A stretch of 64,000 nt of DNA from Monocercomonoides exilis PA203 (lineage: Eukaryota > Protista > Preaxostyla): the NCBI GenBank assembly GCA_001643675.2, contig LSRY02000050.1, positions 558,001 to 622,000 of the forward strand, read 5' to 3'. Both the position numbers and the translations under genes were made by a program. The notes beneath the pieces were generated by a model, which did not search any database, was not told where the DNA came from, and saw nothing but the letters and a program-made list of their open reading frames with translations. This document shows, in pieces, positions 43,403-51,488 of the stretch. Every line of letters begins with the position of its first letter. Positions within the stretch are counted from its first letter, which is position 1.

Positions 43403-44350
43403 ACATTTTCATATAGATTATATTATGCATCGTTCTCGTTTTTGATATTTGTTGTTCGATTGAGATTTCTGTCTAATGGCATGAATTAAATACATGAAAA
43501 ATATCTTGACACACATTTAATAAATTCTATTTTCAAAAATTTGCAAATTTGATGGAATTTATAACATTTCGTTTAAGGATTATTTGAAATTGTCAATTCT
43601 TTTTTCAATGAAGATTTTTGTAACAATTTTTATCTTATTGTGTATATGTTTGGAGAATTTTTCAAGCACTTGAATAAATATTTGATTTTGTTTTTTCAGG
43701 AAAAGAATTTCATAAGACCAACGAAGAAGTTGAACTTGTTAATTGAACATTAAAAGAAGAATTTCATTTTACTGAAAAGCAGAAATGGCATAGAATATGT
43801 TGTTTTGTTACAGAAAAAGCCACAATTTGTTCCAAACTTGTTTTGCAAATTTTTCAAAGTAAGTCAAACATTTTCAAATTTCAAAAAGGTCGAAAAAACA
43901 AAAATTGAGAGAAAAAAAATTAAGATTGAGAGTGGAAAAAAATTAATAAATCAATTAGTTTTGTTCCATTTATGACTTTGAAATAAGAAAACTATTCATT
44001 TTTGAAAGAACAATTTTCTTTGATCGATTCCTTATTCTTTCATCAATTTTGTAAAGTTCATTGATTAAAATGAAAAATAAAAAATATATTTGTTAAAACA
44101 TAAAATGACAAAAAACTTTGTTTAATGAAAATAGTTCTTGTTACGAAAAAATATTATAAAAAGAATATCAAAGAAAAACTGTTTCTCCAAATGAAACTTC
44201 TTCGCATAACTCGTCAAATATAATTATTTGGATGAATCAAATTGAAAATCTGAAGAGAACATGTTCATTTGCAAGTTTAAAAGGATATTTAGAAAAAAAA
44301 TTTGAATCTTCTTGTTTTTTTCTTTTCTTTTATTCATTATTGAAATCACA

Positions 44351-44449
44351 TTAAAAAGCATTAGCTTCTTAATTCTCGAGAACTAATGAAAATACAACTC
44401 CTCTTTCTATTTGGGATAGAGCTCCGTTTTATGGGCTCAGCCGATCAAT
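44351..44449. repeat. DIRS left terminal repeat
   Basis: 44392-44449 is the exact reverse complement of 49265-49322; the match extends to 44378/49336 with 2 mismatches. Confidence 0.93.
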
Positions 44450-44460
44450 AATTATAAACA

Positions 44461-45513
44461 ATGAGCGTACTTCAGCCTGGACTCGAGTCGAGTCTGAATT
44501 CCTTATCTCAGGATATCAGCGGACCTCCGAGCAGCGTGGGATTTACGCAATCCACCTCCAGCATATTTTCCTCATCAGCCGCAACTATTCCAACACAAAA
44601 TATTGCAATGAGCCTTGAAAACACATCAAGCCGAGAAGATCACAATGTTACAAACTTGCTCCATCCACCTTTCCAACAATCTTCAAGCTCTTCTCATCCC
44701 CAAATATTTCCAAATCCAACAACACTTGAGCAAAACCCAATCCATTCTCCGCAAACGACGCAGCAGCAGAATATTCTTCAAACGATAGACACTTCGCAAG
44801 AACACCTGATGGAGAAAGACAATTATCAACCGAACTTCAAATACATTTGTTTCTCGCTTTTCGGAGATAAAACAAAGGATTCAATATTCGAAATGCATTT
44901 TCATGAACAAGCAGGCTCAAATGCCACAATTTACTCGAATTTCTCAGCACCTCCGTTCATTCCAGAGGCTATCCACCCAATTCAAAGAACATCAAATTGG
45001 TGCTACGACGCTCTAGAACAAAATGGATTCAAAATCGAAGAAAAATTGATATCGGCAATAAAAGCGCTTATAATTGGAAAAGATATGGTAGATAAGGGAT
45101 TGGACCCAAGTGCAGTTTTGGCTGATTCTTTCTTAATGATGGTTAAAGCACTCCAGGAAGCGAGAACACAAAGGATCCAAGCAGTTTATGGGTTCAGAGC
45201 CGCAAGGACATTAAAAGAAGAAGATGGAGACCAATTGCTTTCCAAGAGGCAACTTGAAACGTTGAAGATCGCTGAGCCGAAACAAAAATTGCTTCCTCGA
45301 CGGCAGGGATGGATCAGACCGTACACAAATACATTCTCACTTAAAAACCAGTTTTTTCGGACAAGAAGGATCCCATTTACAAGAAGAAAATTCAGTTCAA
45401 ACAGCAGCAGAAGCTCCCAGAGAACCAGCAGAACTTGGAGCTCCAACCAATGGGATCCTCGAAGAAAGTTGGAGGAAGAACAAGACTCTTTCTCAAGAAC
45501 TGGTCCGAAATAG
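44461..45513 (+). CDS. DIRS ORF1, gag-like
   Basis: 350-aa ORF starting 11 nt after the left ITR; S/Q-rich N-terminus, helical core and basic R/S-rich C-terminus; assignment is positional. Confidence 0.7.
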   Translation: MSVLQPGLESSLNSLSQDISGPPSSVGFTQSTSSIFSSSAATIPTQNIAMSLENTSSREDHNVTNLLHPPFQQSSSSSHPQIFPNPTTLEQNPIHSPQTTQQQNILQTIDTSQEHLMEKDNYQPNFKYICFSLFGDKTKDSIFEMHFHEQAGSNATIYSNFSAPPFIPEAIHPIQRTSNWCYDALEQNGFKIEEKLISAIKALIIGKDMVDKGLDPSAVLADSFLMMVKALQEARTQRIQAVYGFRAARTLKEEDGDQLLSKRQLETLKIAEPKQKLLPRRQGWIRPYTNTFSLKNQFFRTRRIPFTRRKFSSNSSRSSQRTSRTWSSNQWDPRRKLEEEQDSFSRTGPK

Positions 45514-47360
45514 GGACCAGGAGAATTATAGAGAAGGGAGCTTGTCCTGTTTGGAGAAGCAGAGAGGCACGAGACAAGCTGAAAAAGGAAGTCAAAGCAG
45601 GACATGGTTTTATTGGATCCCAGGAGCAGGAGAGGGAGTGCGAGAAGTGGATAACGGAAGCACTGGATTGTGGAATATTGAAGAGGATCAAGTTCGAAGA
45701 TGCAAAATGCCTGAGCAAACTGTTTTTCGAAAAAAAGAAGAACGGGAAATGGAGACAAATATTGGACTGCAGACCTCTGAACAAAGCCCTGAAATCAATC
45801 AAGTTCAAGCTGGAGGATCACAGAACTGTGGAAAAGTTGATGGAAAAGGGAGATTTTGCAACCTCATTGGATCTCTCTCAAGCATATTTCTTAATCCCTG
45901 TTCGCGAAGATTTCATCCCGTTTTTGGCTTTCAAATTTCATCAAGAAACAATAGCGTTTCAATGCCTTCCATTTGGAATGAAGGATGCCCCAAGAATCTT
46001 TACGAAGATCATGCGTTCAATTATAAAGCTGGTGAGAATGAAATGGAAAGTTCGTTGCATCTCTTATCTGGACGATGTCCTCTTTCTTCACAAGGACAAA
46101 CAGAAGCTGGAGCAAATAACAAAGGAGGTTATGGATTGGTTCTCCCAACTTGGTCTGATGGTCAACAAGGAGAAAAGCGAACTTCAGGCAAAACAAAGAT
46201 TCAACTTTCTGGGATGGAAATGGGATTCGATTCAGTCGACAGTGGCTCTGAACGAAGAGAGAATTGCCTCCATTGTTCAGAAGTGTTACATGGTACTGAT
46301 AAACACAATGAAGAGGCGTCCAATCTCAGTCAAAAAATTTGCTTCAATTGTGGGACAAATAAGCGCTGCCAGATTTGTCCACACAGACGCATCATTACAC
46401 ATGACAAACCTTTATCAATGCCTAATGAAGAATGTCAACATCAATGGATGGAACGGACTATGTCGACTTCATTATGGAATCATTCCAGAATTGACATTCT
46501 GGATAAGCGAAGTCAGGAAGAGAAAACAAAGAACGCTTCAATCCTTTGGCTCCCCTCAGGTGACGATCACAACAGATGCCTCGCCATGGGCATGCGGAGG
46601 AAGTGTAAAGATATCAGGACAATTCAAGAAGATTTTTCACGTCCCTTTGAACAGAGTTGCTCAAAACCAAACGTCAAACTTCAGGGAATTACTTGCAGTC
46701 AAGATTGCGCTTGCAAGGTTTTCTCAGGATATAGCAAAACTGTCGGAAAGGAAGGTGTTGATACGCTCGGACAACACATCGGTAGTTTACAACATAAACA
46801 GATGGGGAGCAGGAAAGAATCTGCGACCTCTATTGAAAGAGATCAGGAAACTTGTGGAGAGTCAGGGAATCCAGGTCAAAGCAGTTCATATTGCAGGAAA
46901 AAGAAATGTGGAGGCAGATGCCCTGTCAAGACTCGAGCAGTCGGGAGATTACGAAATCAAAAATCAGGCTCTTCAGATGGCACTCAACTACCTCAGGATC
47001 AAACCGACTCTAGATGCGTTTGCCAGTGCAAAGAACAGAAAGCTTCAACGGTGGTGCGGGCCAGGCAGCAGATTATGTCAGGACGGTCTAAGCTATCCGT
47101 GGAAGGGCGAGGTGGTTCTTGCCCATCCGCCAATTCCACTGATCCTTCAGACGATGAGGAAAGCGTTGAAGGAGAGAGCGAAGATGATTCTTCTGATACC
47201 GGATTGGACGAATCAGATTTGGAGCCAGACCCTTCAACTGTGGAAAAGACGATTCATGAGATGGAGATGTTCACGAATGATATTACTACCAGGGCAGGGT
47301 TTGAAGGCGAGAGGAGCAGCGCTTCCTCCGGGAGGTTACCTGGCAATAAGCTTTCCCTAG
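45450..47360 (+). CDS. DIRS pol: reverse transcriptase, RNase H and N6-adenine methyltransferase-like domain
   Basis: RT: WRQILDCRPLN, DLSQAY, LPFG, YLDD, EKS, FLG. RNase H: TDAS, RELLA, SDN, N..ADALSR. MT-like: DAFAS..N.K, DG..YPW, HPPI. First ATG at 45450. Confidence 0.95.
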   Translation: MGSSKKVGGRTRLFLKNWSEIGTRRIIEKGACPVWRSREARDKLKKEVKAGHGFIGSQEQERECEKWITEALDCGILKRIKFEDAKCLSKLFFEKKKNGKWRQILDCRPLNKALKSIKFKLEDHRTVEKLMEKGDFATSLDLSQAYFLIPVREDFIPFLAFKFHQETIAFQCLPFGMKDAPRIFTKIMRSIIKLVRMKWKVRCISYLDDVLFLHKDKQKLEQITKEVMDWFSQLGLMVNKEKSELQAKQRFNFLGWKWDSIQSTVALNEERIASIVQKCYMVLINTMKRRPISVKKFASIVGQISAARFVHTDASLHMTNLYQCLMKNVNINGWNGLCRLHYGIIPELTFWISEVRKRKQRTLQSFGSPQVTITTDASPWACGGSVKISGQFKKIFHVPLNRVAQNQTSNFRELLAVKIALARFSQDIAKLSERKVLIRSDNTSVVYNINRWGAGKNLRPLLKEIRKLVESQGIQVKAVHIAGKRNVEADALSRLEQSGDYEIKNQALQMALNYLRIKPTLDAFASAKNRKLQRWCGPGSRLCQDGLSYPWKGEVVLAHPPIPLILQTMRKALKERAKMILLIPDWTNQIWSQTLQLWKRRFMRWRCSRMILLPGQGLKARGAALPPGGYLAISFP

Positions 47361-48949
47361 TCAAGAAGGCTGGTGAGCAGTGGTTTGAGCAAGGCCTTCG
47401 AAAACTTAATGTTCCGGACAGCATGATAATACACATTAAAAATAGTGTTGCCACGTCAACATGGACAACATACACATTTGGATTCGCACATTTCGCAAAC
47501 GCTTGGATCAAGGGGAATATGGGGGAGTTACCGTCAGATCCTGTGATTTGGGTGAGGAAGTGCTTGGACACTTTCATATGCTTAGATAATGAGGGTTTTC
47601 CTCCTCAGTGCTTAAAGCAAACAAGGTCCGCAGTGTCGCTATTCACTAGAAGTGCTTTCTCTTTCGATTTAGGAACAGTTCCGATAATAAAGACATTCTT
47701 TCGATCTATCATGAGAAAGGAAAAGAAAAGAGCTCCGTACGAGGAAATATGGGATCCACAGGTCCTTTTCAATTATCTCCGAACTCTGTGGCCCAACGAG
47801 ACTTTGAGCGTATACTCTCTGACATTGAAATCAATAACTCTGTGTATGTTATTCACTGCATGCAGGTTTTCAGAACTGGCGAGCATTTCAATGAACGATT
47901 CGATAATCTCTGAGAATGCAATTCATCTTTCAGTGCAATTGAAAACAAGACTCGCAAGATCGTTCATCACAGTCCCTAAACTGAAGGAGATCCAGTCAGA
48001 TGTTTGTCCAGTGCGTGCAGTATTGGAACTTTGGAACCAAATTAAAGTTTTGTATCCAGGAAGAGACACATTCATTATAAACACGAGAACCGGATCAAGA
48101 ATGTCAAAGGATGGAATTCGTAAACTCGCAAAGGAGGCAATGAAGCAGGCAGGAATCAACCCCTCGTTTCGGCCTTACACTATAAAGCATGCAGCTTTGT
48201 CTGCTCTCCTTGCCGCTGGAGTTCCGGAGGTTATGGTAGCACATTTTGCCAGATTGTCTCCCACAGCTCACACACCAACGAATTCTTACTTCAAAACAAA
48301 CACTGCTCAAGCGATGGCCCAGGTTCTGACAGAGCACCAACCATTCCCACAAACGGGGTCTCAAATACAACCTTGGAGTGCACAAATAACTCAAGGATCT
48401 TCTTTTGCAAACATCCAAGCTCCAATCCAATCTGCAATAAACGTGTTTCCTGTTCAACATGATATGGTCCTTTCACCTCAACCACATCCTTCGCAACTGC
48501 ATCAACAACAACCTCAGACGTTTAATTTTCAGCCCTCCTCTCAGTATTTTCAAAGCCTGCAACCTTCAAATTCAATTGGATTATCGCTGGCGCAACCACA
48601 AACTTTCAATTCCCCACAACTATCTTTACAGGCAAATTGTTCCATTCCAACACAACAGCTTCCCTCTCTCACAGAACAGAGCATTGACATGGACATCGAA
48701 GAGTCGCAATCATCGCAGACCATTGGAGAGGAGAAGGATATCAATAAGGAAAATGAAGAAGTCAAAGAAGTTGAAGATAAACTGCACAATAAGGAAAACA
48801 TTTGTATAGATCAGGAAGAGGATTCGAAGCGATCATGTTCCCATTCAACTGTCAAGAAATCAAGAAATATTTGCACACGAACAGAGAGAGTAGTAACAAG
48901 AGCCTACGCAATATTAATGGAACAGGAGACACAAAACATGCCCAATTAA
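45542..48949 (+). CDS. DIRS tyrosine recombinase ORF; open frame overlaps nearly all of pol (first ATG 45707; YR domain ~47400-48330)
   Basis: SAM-like N-domain (S.ATSTW.TY..GF..F), WD.Q.LF.YL, ACRFSEL, LKT, CPVRAV, PYTIKHA, SYF; Q/S-rich and acidic tail. Confidence 0.88.
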   Translation: MSCLEKQRGTRQAEKGSQSRTWFYWIPGAGEGVREVDNGSTGLWNIEEDQVRRCKMPEQTVFRKKEEREMETNIGLQTSEQSPEINQVQAGGSQNCGKVDGKGRFCNLIGSLSSIFLNPCSRRFHPVFGFQISSRNNSVSMPSIWNEGCPKNLYEDHAFNYKAGENEMESSLHLLSGRCPLSSQGQTEAGANNKGGYGLVLPTWSDGQQGEKRTSGKTKIQLSGMEMGFDSVDSGSERRENCLHCSEVLHGTDKHNEEASNLSQKICFNCGTNKRCQICPHRRIITHDKPLSMPNEECQHQWMERTMSTSLWNHSRIDILDKRSQEEKTKNASILWLPSGDDHNRCLAMGMRRKCKDIRTIQEDFSRPFEQSCSKPNVKLQGITCSQDCACKVFSGYSKTVGKEGVDTLGQHIGSLQHKQMGSRKESATSIERDQETCGESGNPGQSSSYCRKKKCGGRCPVKTRAVGRLRNQKSGSSDGTQLPQDQTDSRCVCQCKEQKASTVVRARQQIMSGRSKLSVEGRGGSCPSANSTDPSDDEESVEGESEDDSSDTGLDESDLEPDPSTVEKTIHEMEMFTNDITTRAGFEGERSSASSGRLPGNKLSLVKKAGEQWFEQGLRKLNVPDSMIIHIKNSVATSTWTTYTFGFAHFANAWIKGNMGELPSDPVIWVRKCLDTFICLDNEGFPPQCLKQTRSAVSLFTRSAFSFDLGTVPIIKTFFRSIMRKEKKRAPYEEIWDPQVLFNYLRTLWPNETLSVYSLTLKSITLCMLFTACRFSELASISMNDSIISENAIHLSVQLKTRLARSFITVPKLKEIQSDVCPVRAVLELWNQIKVLYPGRDTFIINTRTGSRMSKDGIRKLAKEAMKQAGINPSFRPYTIKHAALSALLAAGVPEVMVAHFARLSPTAHTPTNSYFKTNTAQAMAQVLTEHQPFPQTGSQIQPWSAQITQGSSFANIQAPIQSAINVFPVQHDMVLSPQPHPSQLHQQQPQTFNFQPSSQYFQSLQPSNSIGLSLAQPQTFNSPQLSLQANCSIPTQQLPSLTEQSIDMDIEESQSSQTIGEEKDINKENEEVKEVEDKLHNKENICIDQEEDSKRSCSHSTVKKSRNICTRTERVVTRAYAILMEQETQNMPN

Positions 48950-48952
48950 TGA

Positions 48953-49056
48953 TATCCCAAATAGAAAGAGGAGTTGTATTTTCATTAGTTCTCGAGAATT
49001 AAGAAGCTAATGCTTTTTAATTCGTTAGAGAACTAATTAATATACAACTCCTCTTT
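48953..49056. repeat. DIRS internal complementary region (ICR)
   Basis: 48953-49020 is the reverse complement of the left terminus 44351-44418; 49021-49056 is the reverse complement of the right terminus 49308-49343. Confidence 0.93.
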
Positions 49057-49264
49057 TCCCTCCACAAAGCGAAGCTTTTCCCACCCATGGAACTTACAGT
49101 TAATAAAACCTTTTCTTGCATTTAGAAAGTCTTCGTGTTTTGTAGTCATAAAAGAAAGATATAACTCCTCAGTGCAAATTTGCACAGCCTGTTATTGGAC
49201 GCAAACTTTTTAATTCTTTTTAACTTTTTCATCACATCAGCAAACACCACAAATTTCACGTCAC

Positions 49265-49343
49265 ATTGATCGGCTGAGCCCATAAAACGGAGCTCTATCC
49301 CAAATAGAAAGAGGAGTTGTATATTAATTAGTTCTCTAACGAA
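49265..49343. repeat. DIRS right terminal repeat with short unique extension
   Basis: Inverted match to the left ITR; the end is defined by ICR complementarity. Confidence 0.92.
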
Positions 49344-50033
49344 ATAAAAGATGAAAATTTAAAAAAAGTTCTTCTGAGGATGTTTTTTCAAGTTTGGCAG
49401 ATAATCGATATTGAAAATTCAAATTTTAAAGTGGAAAAATATCAAACATCTGATGCTCCAAAACGAACTTGTTGCAGTCTGTTATATGGGACAAAATTTT
49501 GTGTTTTATGAATTTTGTTCCACACAGTTCTTTCAAAGATTTTTTTCGATTTTTATATTTTCATATTTAATATTGCACGATCATGGAAGAATAATTTCCA
49601 TACGATTGCAGAAAAAGTTTGGAACAAATCATTGTATTTTTCATAAATGAAAGAATTCTGTCCCATATTTGCTTATAATTCATAATCGTATTCACTGATT
49701 AGAAAGTCAAATATTCCACTTCATCAATGAAGTTTTGGTTAATTGCAAAACAGATTGTATTTTCAAATCCTCGTGTTAAAACTGTGATTTGCAGAATTTT
49801 CAACATTTAAAATTCTTAATGATGAAACTTGTTGAGTGTTTCCAAATCAGAAATTGGAAATCATTCATTATTCAATTTCGTTCTTCTTCTTCTTTTTCTT
49901 TTTCTTTTCTTTGTCTCGTTTCGAAGTTATGGAAAAACAGTTGATACAAAATATCTCTTTTGTTTTCTTTTTTGTGAAATGATTAAAAATAAGAAAATTG
50001 AAAATATAGAGTTACAAAATACAATGTATTTCC

Positions 50034-51488
50034 TCAAACATTCACAAGATAATCTGAAATACTCAAAGATAAATTGCCATAATATTTTTTATCGAGAAAT
50101 TCAAACATTTCATGAAAGTTGGTGATGGTATCTTCGTATCCTTCTTCTTCCATCTTTTCAAGCACCTTCCTTTTTGTTGCCTTTCTTTTCACTTTTTCCT
50201 TTTCATCGTCATCCTCTTCTTTCAACCTTATTGAAACGTTCATAAAGAATATTAAGCTGTCATGTGCAATAAAGTCATTCAACGTTGGTCGCTGCATCTC
50301 CTCCAAAATAGCATCAATAGCATCTCCTTTCAACAAGTCTTCGTCTTTCACAACTCTATTTTCTGCTGCATTTCTCAAAGGAAAAGTGCATTCAGAGCTA
50401 ATATCTCTGTTATTATCCCCAGCTGCTCGATATACCTGAACAATGTTTTTGAGCAGAGCAACATTTTCTTCATTCTCTAATTTGCATCTGAGGAAATAAT
50501 AACCCGATGTTTCGAGCCATCTTTCGATTATCAGCACTTCATTCGCTTCTTCTTTGTTCATTTCCTCTTCTTTTTTTCTGTTCCAATCCACATTTCTTGA
50601 TAGCTCTTCCAGTTCTCTTGCTGCTTCTCTTCCAAAATGCAACTCATTTATGATGACTTTATCCAAGCTCATGTCTTTGTGTAATCGATTAATCAAAAAC
50701 TGCCAAGCAGACTGATAGGCAAGTTTTGTGAGATTGCGATGTTCCTGATGATAAAGAATACTTTCTTTGGTCTTATTCAAATGAAGTTCTTGCCTTAAAA
50801 TCTAATCAGAAATAAGAAAAATAATAACAATATCAAAAATGAAAAAGAAGTGCTCACACATAACGATCATCAATGCAACTCAAACACAATAAAGCCATTT
50901 CCACTTCTTTTTGAACTTCGTCGGTTTCCTCTTTACTCAACGCAACATTCAGAAGACATGGCACACAAATATTTAATAATTCAGGTTCAAAATGAAAGTT
51001 CAGAGAAATATAGCACACGCAAAGATCAGTTAAAAGCTTTTCATTTTTTTCTTCGTTTTTCTCATTTTCATTAAAAATCATCTCTTTCATTCTTTTGCCC
51101 AATAATGAAGGATAAAATGCAAAATCATAAATGTGTCTCAGCATTTTGCAATATCCAGCTTGCTTCAACAACAAGATTGCGTTTCCCCATGACAAAGTCT
51201 TTTCTTCAATCATTTTCCCCATTTGATTGAGCAGTTCTTTTGTGAAAACTGTTAGAAATTCTTCTTCGTCCATTTCATCCATCATTTCATTCATTTCGTC
51301 AATTTTCCACACTTGTTCATCTTCTCTGCAATGTTCCAGTTCGCAAAACAATTCTGCAATAGAATTCAAAAAAAGAAAATTTTGTTCAGAATTTGTCAAT
51401 TCAAATATTAGAACAAACTTGAAAACTGCTCGGTTTTGGTCATAGCCTGAACTCCTTTTTCACATTTATCATCATTTGACAAACTCAT
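50034..51488 (-). CDS. Family F copy 6, 3 exons
   Basis: ATG 51488 (MSLSNDDKCEKGVQAMTKTEQFS), same two intron positions, ORFs 50854-51399 and 50034-50780, ends SISDYLVNV*. Confidence 0.87.

Larger units (their letters stand above)
44351..49343 (+). mobile_element. DIRS1-like tyrosine-recombinase retrotransposon, apparently full length (~5.0 kb)
   Basis: Inverted terminal repeats, internal complementary region, gag-like ORF, RT-RNaseH-MT ORF and overlapping YR ORF; no TSD. Confidence 0.95.

Noticed and set aside
44351-49343. LTR retrotransposon or prokaryotic retron/DGR interpretation of the RT
   Set aside because: The repeats are inverted with an ICR, there is no DDE integrase or protease, and RNase H, MT and YR domains are present: the DIRS architecture
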